DNA of 64,000 nucleotides from Candidatus Bathyarchaeota archaeon (GTDB lineage: Archaea; Thermoproteota; Bathyarchaeia; Bathyarchaeales; Bathycorpusculaceae), in contig OY970176.1 of the NCBI GenBank assembly GCA_963707955.1, forward strand, positions 2,208,001 through 2,272,000, given 5' to 3'. Below are positions 31,530-40,779 of the stretch, one piece after another. The position numbers and the translations under genes were made by a program. The notes below the pieces were generated by a model. That model searched no databases. It was not told the DNA's origin and saw only the letters and a list, made by a program, of their open reading frames with translations. Numbering within the stretch: the stretch's first letter is position 1; each line of letters opens with the position of its first letter.

Positions 31530-31756
31530 AGCCGAAGCCCTCAAATCACAATGCGGTCTGTCTAGGTTCAGCTATAACTTTTCCGCAAAAACAGAATAAG
31601 GGACTTAGAAGCCATGATAGAAGACTGTTCTAAATACAGAATGAACAAAACTGATAACCAACCAGTCGCGCGCGCTTCAGACACATCGGTGCGCAATTGG
31701 GAACTGTTGATGTTGTCGTCGCTATTCTTATAAATTGGAGCTGAAAATGAATTCTC

Positions 31757-32542
31757 ATGCGGGCAGAGATCGGAATCATTGGCGGAACGGGCTTCTATGA
31801 TCCGAAACTTCTCAGGAACGTTGAGGAAATAAGGGTGCGCACGCCTTATGGTGCGCCTTCTGATTTGATTGCGGTTGGAGAGTTGAAAGGTAGAGGCGTA
31901 GCGTTTCTGCCGAGGCACTCGAGGAAACATACGATAAGGCCGACTGACGTTAATTCGAGAGCAAACATATTCGCTTTGAAAAAACTGGGTGTTCAAAGGA
32001 TACTTGCGCCTTCAACGGTTGGTTCTCTGAAGGAAGAATGCAAGCCTGGAGACGTGGTGTTCGTCGACCAGTTCATAGATAGAACGACCAAACGAGAAGA
32101 GTCATTCTATACACGAAAGCGCGTGTGCCACATATCAGTGGCCGAACCAATGTGTCCAGAGTTAAGGCGAACTCTGATAGAAGCAGCTGACAACGTAGAC
32201 GTCAAAACTCACAACGCTGGCACGTATGTTTGTATAGAAGGGCCAAGGTTCTCGACGAAAGCGGAATCTAGATTGTTCAGGACTTGGGGAGCAGACGTCG
32301 TAGGTATGACTCTTGTTCCAGAGTGCGTTCTTGCCCGAGAAGCGGAGATTTGCTATTCTTCAATTGCGACTGTTACTGACTACGACGCGTGGAAGGACCA
32401 GCCTGTTACGGCGAATGAAGTTTTGAAGATTATGAGGGCGAACGTGGAAAAAGTCAAGAGCATAATTGCTGAAGCAGTTCCAAACATACCGAGAGAAAGA
32501 AGATGCGAATGTAAGAGCGCATTGCAGAGTGCTCTGATCTGA
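31757..32542 (+). CDS. mtnP: S-methyl-5'-thioadenosine phosphorylase
   Basis: GIIGGTG, LPRH, EGPRFST.AES, VVGMT, TDYD. Confidence 0.93.
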   Translation: MRAEIGIIGGTGFYDPKLLRNVEEIRVRTPYGAPSDLIAVGELKGRGVAFLPRHSRKHTIRPTDVNSRANIFALKKLGVQRILAPSTVGSLKEECKPGDVVFVDQFIDRTTKREESFYTRKRVCHISVAEPMCPELRRTLIEAADNVDVKTHNAGTYVCIEGPRFSTKAESRLFRTWGADVVGMTLVPECVLAREAEICYSSIATVTDYDAWKDQPVTANEVLKIMRANVEKVKSIIAEAVPNIPRERRCECKSALQSALI

Positions 32543-32562
32543 ATTGGCTTAGTAACAAGGGA

Positions 32563-33102
32563 ATGAAGAATGAAAACATGAGTCTCAGGTCGAAGATAAG
32601 GCGAATACCCGAATTCAAAGGCGTTGTTTTCTGGGACATAACCCCGCTTTTGAAAGACAAGCACGCTTTTCGAGAATGCATCAAACAGTTGGCTGACCAT
32701 TTTCGAGACAAAAAAGTGGACGTTGTAGTATCAAGTGAGGCTAGAGGTTTCATTTTGGGAGCAGCGGTAGCCTATGAACTTGAAGCCGGTTTTGTTCCTA
32801 TCAGGAAGAAAGGAAAACTGCCTTCGAAGACGGTGAACCTGACTTACCAGAAGGAGTATGAGTCAGACACCATCGAGATTCATGAAGATGCTGTCGAACC
32901 TGGTCAGAACGTTCTCCTTGTTGATGATTTGCTGGCAACAGGTGGCACTATCAAGGCAAACGCTGAATTAGTTGAAAAACTGGGCGGAAACATCGTTGGC
33001 ATGGGCTTTCTGATTGAACTCGGGTATCTTCACGGGAGAGAATCTCTCGGAGACAAATATGAAGTGTTCTCGATCATAAACTACGAGACCCCCAAAGAGT
33101 AA
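32563..33102 (+). CDS. apt: Adenine phosphoribosyltransferase
   Basis: DITPLL, EARGF, IRKKGKLP, VDDLLATGGT. Confidence 0.93.
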   Translation: MKNENMSLRSKIRRIPEFKGVVFWDITPLLKDKHAFRECIKQLADHFRDKKVDVVVSSEARGFILGAAVAYELEAGFVPIRKKGKLPSKTVNLTYQKEYESDTIEIHEDAVEPGQNVLLVDDLLATGGTIKANAELVEKLGGNIVGMGFLIELGYLHGRESLGDKYEVFSIINYETPKE

Positions 33103-33140
33103 TTCCCGCTGCCTACTTCTAAATAGTGGTCGTATGAGCT

Positions 33141-34214
33141 CTATTCCGTTAGTCCTCGGTTGTGTAGACGTTCGTGTTCCCATGTTGCGAAGTCTTGTGG
33201 TGGGCTGATGATTTGGTTGTCGGGTTTGCGTTTGAGTTGTGCTGCGTTGTTTGGGCAGCCGGTTACGCATAGTCCGCAGCCGATGCATCTTTTCTTATCC
33301 ACAACGGATGCGCCGTCTTGTTCAGTGATTGCGTGTACTTGGCATCTGGTTCTGCACGTTCCGCAGTTTAGGCATTCGTTTGGGTCTATTGTGGAGTAGT
33401 AGTTTGCGTGGGCAACGGAGTTTTCTATGCCCCATTCGTTGATGCCTCTGAGTATGCCGCAGCAGCAGCCGCAACAGTTGCACACGTAGCCCACACCCTT
33501 CATCACGTTACTGACGGTGTGAACTAACCCTATTTCCTCAGCCTTGTCGAGGAAAGCCAATGCTTCCTCTTTGGAGATGGTGTACCTGTGTGGAGGGCGC
33601 TCGTACGGCGAAAAGAACAGACAGGTCGTTAATGGAAACTTGCATTTGTGGCCGAGGTGCTTCTGCTGTATCCTGCAGACGCAATCACGTAAGCCAAACG
33701 ATTTGGACTCTAACAGTATTGATTTGACATCGTCGTATGGAAGAATAAGTTCGGATTTCATAGCTTTCTGCGCGGGGACTACACGGTGGAGAGCCGGCTG
33801 AGGCTTCATTATGCCGACTGCACCTCCATTCGCCAAGTATTCTTCGACGAGGTGAGCTAGTTCATGGTCCATGGTTTCCAGTTGGTCTTCGTAGATTCCG
33901 ACGACGAAGGGAGCGAGTCTAAAGGTCGGTCTTCCTTCTTTGTAATCACGCCACACGAGCCCCCGTCTGGCCATTTTTGTCAACTTTGCTTCAGCCTCTT
34001 TAACTGAGAGCCCAACCCTCTTGGCGATCGATTCGACTGGTTCTTGGGAACCGCTTAGCTGACTTGCGATCGTTGCCTCTTCAGGTGAGAATATCTTCTT
34101 CAGGACTCGAATCTCAACGTTTGATGGTGTTCTGGGAAAACCGTTCGGAAGGTGGTTCAAGGCTTCTGCAAGTTGATCATAAACTTCATCGACCAAACCT
34201 GTGTCTCTCCTCAC
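33141..34214 (-). CDS. Fe-S protein with N-terminal HTH-like region and C-terminal 2x[4Fe-4S] domain
   Basis: CVCR, CNCCGCCC, CLNCGTC...C and CIGCGLC...CP. Confidence 0.8.
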   Translation of the reverse strand: MRRDTGLVDEVYDQLAEALNHLPNGFPRTPSNVEIRVLKKIFSPEEATIASQLSGSQEPVESIAKRVGLSVKEAEAKLTKMARRGLVWRDYKEGRPTFRLAPFVVGIYEDQLETMDHELAHLVEEYLANGGAVGIMKPQPALHRVVPAQKAMKSELILPYDDVKSILLESKSFGLRDCVCRIQQKHLGHKCKFPLTTCLFFSPYERPPHRYTISKEEALAFLDKAEEIGLVHTVSNVMKGVGYVCNCCGCCCGILRGINEWGIENSVAHANYYSTIDPNECLNCGTCRTRCQVHAITEQDGASVVDKKRCIGCGLCVTGCPNNAAQLKRKPDNQIISPPQDFATWEHERLHNRGLTE

Positions 34215-34348
34215 GTGAGAATCTTTCTTACATGCTTATTTAACGATAGTGCGCCGTTTGGCAAGAAACAACAGGATGTAATCTGCTAGAATCGCAGGTT
34301 TTCTTTTCTACGATTTTCGGGAGCGCGTGCTGCGATATTGTGTGTGGG

Positions 34349-34930
34349 CTAAGGTGTTTTGAGCATGCTGTAGTAGAATTCTTGCAGTTTGGTGATTTTG
34401 GGGGCGATGACTATCCTGCAGTAGGCTTGTTCTGGGTGACGTTTGAAATAGTCTTTGTGATAGTCTTCGGCCTCGTAGAAGGCTTTGAAGGGCTCTACTT
34501 TTGTCACTATGGGTGCATCCCACAGTTTTTCTTCAGTTATTTCTTTGATCACCTGTTCGGCGATTGATTTTTGTTCGTCGTCGTGGTAGAATATGACTGA
34601 ACGATACTGAGTACCAACGTCAGAGCCTTGGCGGTTTAACGTCGTCGGGTCATGCATGGTGAAGAAGATTTCCAGTATCTGCTTGAAGGAGATGACGTTA
34701 GGGTCAAATGTTATGTGCACAACTTCCGCGTGCCCTGTTGTCCCCGTTGACACTTGCTCATAAGTCGGGTTTGCCATGGTGCCGCCGGAATAGCCTGATT
34801 CAACTTTTTCCACACCTTTCAATTCGCTGAATATAGCTTCCATGCACCAGAAACAACCCCCTCCAAGGGTTGCCACTTCTCTTCGCGTCTGAGACGTGGG
34901 CTTCAGCCGTTCTTGACTCATGGTATTCAC
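34349..34930 (-). CDS. msrA: Peptide methionine sulfoxide reductase A
   Basis: GGGCFWC, GHAE, HDPT, QYRS, AEDYH. Confidence 0.95.
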   Translation of the reverse strand: MNTMSQERLKPTSQTRREVATLGGGCFWCMEAIFSELKGVEKVESGYSGGTMANPTYEQVSTGTTGHAEVVHITFDPNVISFKQILEIFFTMHDPTTLNRQGSDVGTQYRSVIFYHDDEQKSIAEQVIKEITEEKLWDAPIVTKVEPFKAFYEAEDYHKDYFKRHPEQAYCRIVIAPKITKLQEFYYSMLKTP

Positions 34931-35063
34931 GGTGGATGCTAAGATAATAAAGGGTTTGTATAGGCCAGTGACGGAGAAAGGATGTCGTGTGAGCCGAAGT
35001 TTTCAAAGCGCGCTCGCGAAAGTCAGAGCTCAAATCCTTAAAAGGCCCTTGCCTAAGTAACTA

Positions 35064-35732
35064 TTGTCTGCTTCAGCTATTGGGTGGTTTGAAAGGGTGT
35101 CTCGAGTGAAGAACGCACGTGAGTTTGATTTTCTCAGAACTTTGGCTTTGAATTTTGGGGCCACAGAGGCAAGAGTGATTCCTGCAGGTGCGGTGGTTGT
35201 TGAAAACAGGGTTGTTCTCAAATGCAGACTTGGATGCGACGATTATGGAAAGAAGCTGACCTGTCCACCATTCACTCCGAAGGTTGACGAATTTCGAAAA
35301 ATGTTGAAAGACTACAAATATGCTTTGATCGTCAAGTTCGAGTCTCCAGCCGAGGCTGACAAGGATGTTTCAAGAAGCCTGCTGAGAAGCCAATATGACT
35401 CCACGATGAGTAGAGCTCTGCGAGAAAAAGCATCAAAATTCTGGTCTGACTGGAAGAACGACAAGAAGAGAATCCTTCTGGCCGTTCTTGAACTTGAGAA
35501 GGCTGCTTTCAACAGAGGATATACGTTTGCAGTTGGATTCACTTCTGGTTCATGCGGCTTATGCGAAAAATGCAACGTGGAAGCTGGAATCTGCCTCCAC
35601 CCGACGATGGCCCGTTGTCCAGAACACGCCGTCGGAGTGAACATGAAAAAGACAACTGAAAAAGCAGGTATGCCCATAACCTTTCCAATCAAGGGAAAAC
35701 CCGAACCCACAGCGCTGCTGTTGATAGACTGA
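35064..35732 (+). CDS. DUF2284-type metal-binding protein
   Basis: KC..GC..YG..LTCPP; GSC.LC..C....C..P..AR..E..G. Confidence 0.8.
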   Translation: MSASAIGWFERVSRVKNAREFDFLRTLALNFGATEARVIPAGAVVVENRVVLKCRLGCDDYGKKLTCPPFTPKVDEFRKMLKDYKYALIVKFESPAEADKDVSRSLLRSQYDSTMSRALREKASKFWSDWKNDKKRILLAVLELEKAAFNRGYTFAVGFTSGSCGLCEKCNVEAGICLHPTMARCPEHAVGVNMKKTTEKAGMPITFPIKGKPEPTALLLID

Positions 35733-36408
35733 GCATTCGTTTTCACTCGTCTGACCGTGGGTTATTCAGGGCGCGCAAACATAGTTGTGACAAATCGAAA
35801 TGCGCGTGACGCTACAAGTGCTCAGAAACCTGTACATTGGAAGAGTGATGCACGCTTCGCCAGATCAGTGGAAAAGGGACGTGATAGACCTGCTCAGGTT
35901 CAACTTGAAGACGCAGAATGAATGAGCGAAATGGGAAAAGAAAGAATCCGCCGAGAACCTGGCTTCCTAGAAGTCCGAGTCCAACGGCGTCAGTTTAAGG
36001 GTCAACATCATCTGTTGCCATGAAGGCTTACAGCTGCAAATCTGCTGGTTTACGATGAGTCTTTGGTCTTCAAGAATAGCGAGCTGCGTTGGACACTGCA
36101 AGAAGAATTGGCTTTTTCTTTACTTTCTTCTTACGTAACCCTTGACGTGTACTGTCTTGTGCTTATTGCCTGGTTTGGCTCGTCTGTACGCTTGTACTTT
36201 CATTTTCTCACTTGTGCATGATCAGAACGCTTATGCTAGAAAAGAGTTGTGAAGCGACGATTCAGAGTTCAAGTCTATGTTTTTGGCAGCTAGGATGGTT
36301 GTCGAATAATGTTTTGGATATCCCCTTGTACTTGGTCCGAGGACGCATACTCGTATTTTGATCCTTTTTGAAGAAGTGTTATAAGTTCAATGTTGGAACC
36401 ATCAGCAT

Positions 36409-36685
36409 ATGCCAGACAAGGTTCATTGCGCCCACATTCTTGTGAAGACAGAGCAGGAAGCCAAGTCCGTGCTCGACCATCTGAATAAGGGCGAAAAGTT
36501 CTCGAACGTAGCGAGGGAGGTGTCCCTGTGCCCGTCTGGAAAGCGTGGCGGAGACCTTGGAACTTTCACGAGGGGGAAGATGGTGCGAGAGTTCGAGACG
36601 GTCGCGTTTGCGCTTGAGAAGGGCCAGACGTCAGCCGTGGTGAGAACGAAGTTTGGTTGTCACATCATAAAGCGGTCTGGAGTAG
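36409..36685 (+). CDS. ppiC: Parvulin-type peptidyl-prolyl isomerase; frameshift near 36675 (expected end KRLE* at 36683-36685)
   Basis: HCAHILV, S.CPSGKRGGDLG.F.RGKMV.EFE, T.FG.HII. Confidence 0.85.
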
Positions 36686-36844
36686 AACACCAGATTTGCG
36701 GGATCGGATACTACCAGCCTTGCGCTCATACTCATTCAAGTACGACAGCGCGCGCGACAAACCAACTAGCGTGCACTGGGGGTTCCAGGTCCCGCATATA
36801 CTACTTATATTCGTGGGATTTGTTAAATTGAAAATGTAAATAAT

Positions 36845-37534
36845 ATGAAATCTGCTAAGATATTTTTTGATGAGTTCTCGAAGCAATATGAAGCTCAGAG
36901 TAGGAACAAATATCTATTCTACAGATGGACTGCAGATAATGTTATCAAACAAATAAACAAACAAAAATCTGTGATACTGGATTTGGGAACTGGAAACGGT
37001 GAAATAGCGATAAGGGTTGCGTTAAAGTTTCCCCATTCGAGCGTCATAGGAATAGACGTTTCTTCGGGCATGATAAATGAGGCAGAAGAGAAAGTGAGAA
37101 AAATAGGATTAAAAAATGTGAGATTCGTTGTTTCGCCAATGGAGAACTTGAAAATAGAAAGAGCCGGTTTTGTGGTATCTCACTTAGCCTTTCACCATGT
37201 TAAAAACAAACTATCAGTAGTGACAAAGATCTACAAAATTCTTCTCAGAAAAGGTAGAGTGATAATCGGTGACTGGTTCAAACCAACCATAGAATATGAA
37301 AAGGAAATAGAAAAGTTAAGAGCAAAGAATCCAACGTTATCGAAGAAATTCGACGAAAGTTGGCAAGATTTCATATCCGAGCCAAGCATGAGAGAATATC
37401 AAGAAAAACATCCGAAGGAATACCCCATCAGCCAGATTAAACTAAAAAACATGATAAAAAAAGCGGGGTTTAGAAAACAAGAAATAATCAAGATGCCAAT
37501 GGCTACGTTTGCAGTTGTTGTTGGAGAAAAGTAG
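36845..37534 (+). CDS. Class I SAM-dependent methyltransferase (AT-rich, likely acquired)
   Basis: ILDLGTGNG, GIDVS, AFHH. Confidence 0.85.
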   Translation: MKSAKIFFDEFSKQYEAQSRNKYLFYRWTADNVIKQINKQKSVILDLGTGNGEIAIRVALKFPHSSVIGIDVSSGMINEAEEKVRKIGLKNVRFVVSPMENLKIERAGFVVSHLAFHHVKNKLSVVTKIYKILLRKGRVIIGDWFKPTIEYEKEIEKLRAKNPTLSKKFDESWQDFISEPSMREYQEKHPKEYPISQIKLKNMIKKAGFRKQEIIKMPMATFAVVVGEK

Positions 37535-37812
37535 GTTATCGCAATGGGTGGCGTGCATGTCTGTTCGGAAAATGGTCAAAATTCGGCTTTCACAACTGAG
37601 AATAGGACTGCCCTTACGTAGAAGATACGGAAACTCAAGCAATTCAAAACCGTTCTCAAAGCTCAAAAAGGAACAAAAATCATTTTTAGCCAATTTCGGG
37701 ACAAGGCAGCGCGCTTCGTAAACAAGTTCGAGCAACCGTTGATCGCGGTTTGAAGCAAAGTCTTATACAATTTGGGTCAAAACTAGCTATTCGCGGGTCT
37801 CAGGGGTTGTTC

Positions 37813-38556
37813 ATGGTCGGGTATGAGCATAGAGGCAAGACTTCAAAACCGTTTGTGAGTTTTTGGGAATCAATTACAAGCAAGGAAGGAGCAAAGGAGA
37901 GGGCACGCTGCGTGCTGGAACTCGTAAATGAATACTGCAAGCAGGCAAAGAAGATACTGGAAATAGGCTGCGGAATCGGAGAGGTCTTGGTTAATCTTCC
38001 TGAGAGATACGCTGTTTACGGTTTGGACGTTGAAAGAGACTACGTTGAGGTTTGCAGAAGGAGAATGCCCAGGGGCAAGTTTTTTGTTTTCAGCATGCAC
38101 AACTTTGAGATTGATGAGAAATTTGATGTCATATTCTCTGCTAACGATGCCGTTAACTTTTTGAAAGATTTTGCCCAGTGGAAATCAACGTTCAAGACGG
38201 TGAATGAGCATCTTAACAGGGATGGTCTGTTCATCTTTGATGTGTATACTCCGAAGATGCTGAGAGATACTGTTCATTGGTTGGAAAAATACAACAGGTG
38301 CACTTCATCCGTCAGGGAATTTGCCAAAGGATTCTACTATGACAGAGAATTAGTGAAGGGCAACACGCTGACCTGGGATTCTAGAATCTTTGAAAGACTT
38401 CCAAATGGACTTTATCAGCTTCACAAATACAGGTTTAAGGAAACAATGTACCCGGTTGCAAAGATGAAATCTGCCCTGTCTGAGTATTTCGAGATTGTTG
38501 AAGCCGATTTGAGAGAAGAAGGCAGGAAGATTCTGTTTGTCTGCAGGAAAAATTGA
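37813..38556 (+). CDS. Class I SAM-dependent methyltransferase
   Basis: ILEIGCGIG, FDVI, HL..DGLFIFD. Confidence 0.85.
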   Translation: MVGYEHRGKTSKPFVSFWESITSKEGAKERARCVLELVNEYCKQAKKILEIGCGIGEVLVNLPERYAVYGLDVERDYVEVCRRRMPRGKFFVFSMHNFEIDEKFDVIFSANDAVNFLKDFAQWKSTFKTVNEHLNRDGLFIFDVYTPKMLRDTVHWLEKYNRCTSSVREFAKGFYYDRELVKGNTLTWDSRIFERLPNGLYQLHKYRFKETMYPVAKMKSALSEYFEIVEADLREEGRKILFVCRKN

Positions 38557-38908
38557 AAGCGCGCGCTATAGGTCCCCTTTTTAGTGGCGAACCCCTGTTA
38601 CCCGTCGTCTAGCTTGTCTCTTCAAATATTTCGTGTACCTTCTGTGATAAGGCAAGTCTGAATCAACAAAAGAAAAATGGCAATCACCATAGGGCCCGTT
38701 TTGGCAAAACTGCATCAGGGCTCGTTTCAGAACTTGGAAAACTCTTATGGACCCGTTGTGAATCGTATCCGACGGAAAGTAACAAGGAGAACAATCCGAC
38801 GAAGAGGTAACAGAACCCTTTTGCAAAACAAGTCATCTCTGAGCAACAAGCTATCCATCTGGTCAAAAGGTTTTATTCTTGATGAACTATTATAAATGGT
38901 AAAGTGAG

Positions 38909-39277
38909 ATGACATTGGTCAAAGTGACGATCAAGCCTTGGGAAGAAATAGTGATCCATGAGTCTATCCGTTACGAGCTTGATGATTTCATTAAATTGTG
39001 TTGTATTGGGATTCAAGCTGGTGGTTTGGCTGAACCGTTGCAGTGGGCTGACGGTGTAGTTTTCCGTCACATGCCTATGCCCCCGACTGAGGATGTAGTT
39101 AGGGAGATGCTTGCGGGCAAAGTGCATTGGAACGCAATTGGGTGGGCTTTGATGCCTAAGTATCAGCCCGTTTACATCATTAACGAGATAAATGCGAGGA
39201 TTCCGATAGTCAATGTGAGTACCACGGCAGGGATAATTGATGTTGTTAAGGCACTCAAAGATTCGGTGAAAAGTTAG
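38909..39277 (+). CDS. Hypothetical archaeal protein
   Basis: 122-aa ORF downstream of a TTATAAA box. Confidence 0.6.
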   Translation: MTLVKVTIKPWEEIVIHESIRYELDDFIKLCCIGIQAGGLAEPLQWADGVVFRHMPMPPTEDVVREMLAGKVHWNAIGWALMPKYQPVYIINEINARIPIVNVSTTAGIIDVVKALKDSVKS

Positions 39278-39959
39278 CATCAACCGATTTTTGACAAGGA
39301 CAAGCATCAACCGCAGACTTGACAGAACCTCACGGTTCACACTTTAAATAATAGGCTGAGTGCGGTTATAGGTAGACGATAAGAATGATTGAAGAACCTA
39401 TTTTTGACGATGATGAACCGTGGCTAGATGACGATGAAGACCAAGATGAACCGCAAGAACCAATTGAAGGGACTGAAGAGTCATAGGTGAAAAACAGCAA
39501 ATGCTGCATCCCTTGATTTTCACAGGAGGGCAATATCAACGGATTTTTTAGAGCTCATCTGGTTGTGCATGGTGTTCGGCAGACGAACAGTATGGGCTCG
39601 TTTTCCGTGCGCGAACCATATAAGATTGCTTATGTAGATTGTAGGCTCTAACCTATCAGACCTATAAGAAACAATGGACATAGATAGACTCGGTAAGAAT
39701 ATGCCAAAGAAAAGAGCACACGCAGGACTCAAGAAGAAGAAGAAACGTCAAGAAACATAATCAACGCACCGCGCTAATAGAATGAGAACAATATCGCCTC
39801 CATCACCCGACTGTTAACACGAAGAACGATCACCCGCCAAGTTACCAGAACCGAAGATAAGAAGAGATTTAAGAATCATCTAGGCAAAGCACTGAAACAG
39901 GTTGATTCTTCAGATCAACTGGCACTGATCTAGAGCTCCGATTGAGGGATAGTAGAAAA

Positions 39960-40745
39960 ATGTGTGGAATATTCGGTTTTTCATTAAGAAAACCTGTGTC
40001 CATGAACAAAGTCTTCAAGGTTCTTCAAAAACTGGAGGTCCATCAGCTTCCGCATGAGCCACGGCCCGTCGGCGGTTACGGTGCCGGCGTCGCCGTGCTC
40101 CTGGAAGATGGCGACCTCCTAGTCGAAAAAGTTGGAAAGATCGATGGATCCCCTGCTTGCCACCTGCCTGAAATCGTCAATGTCAAGAACGCCTCCGTCC
40201 TGCTTGGACACGTAAGAATGCCGAGCCCAGAGTTCATGAGCACGGCTAAGTTCAAAGAGACTGCACAGCCCTACGTCGTTGAACGCGACCCAGGGTTAAC
40301 AGTAGCCTCAGTTCACAACGGGAAAATGGAAAATTATGAAGAGATCAGAAAAAAGTTCGGTGCCGGACACGTTTTCGAATCTGAGAAGGTTGAACTCATC
40401 GATTCAGAGGTCATTCCGCATTTTTTCGAAGAGATGCTCAACGAAAAAGGAGACGTTACTGAAGCCCTTTACGGGTTTTTCTGTGCGTTGAAGGGCTCAA
40501 ACGCAGTGGCTATGCTGCAGCTAGGAGAGGAGAACTCATTTCTGCATCTGGTTCACAAAGGAAAAACGAGGGGCCTAACGGTCTGGACCAGCGAAAAAGG
40601 CGAGGTAATCTTCTGCTCAAGGAAACCACCGTTAGTAGAGGAATTCGGGAAAACACTTGAAACAGGAAAGTTCAGAGAGACGGTTTCAATACGGTACCGC
40701 GAAAGCGTTGGTCTGATACTGTCCTACCCGTTGCCGCGAAGATAA
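39960..40745 (+). CDS. Class II glutamine amidotransferase (Ntn) domain protein
   Basis: MCGIFG N-terminus, GHVR, HNG, DSE. Confidence 0.82.
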   Translation: MCGIFGFSLRKPVSMNKVFKVLQKLEVHQLPHEPRPVGGYGAGVAVLLEDGDLLVEKVGKIDGSPACHLPEIVNVKNASVLLGHVRMPSPEFMSTAKFKETAQPYVVERDPGLTVASVHNGKMENYEEIRKKFGAGHVFESEKVELIDSEVIPHFFEEMLNEKGDVTEALYGFFCALKGSNAVAMLQLGEENSFLHLVHKGKTRGLTVWTSEKGEVIFCSRKPPLVEEFGKTLETGKFRETVSIRYRESVGLILSYPLPRR

Positions 40746-40779
40746 AGAATAAAACTTTCGATCACCATCGTTTCAGCTT

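Larger units (their letters stand above)
29327..31596 (-). repeat. Four copies of a ~35-bp direct repeat bounding three co-oriented genes
   Basis: + strand consensus (TT)CAGCTATAACTTTTCCGCAAAACCAAAAACTGGCT at 29327-29352 (partial), 29927-29961, 30612-30648 and 31567-31596. Confidence 0.85.

Noticed and set aside
36686-36831. C-terminal extension on the parvulin
   Set aside because: Results from a one-base shift just before the expected KRLE* end
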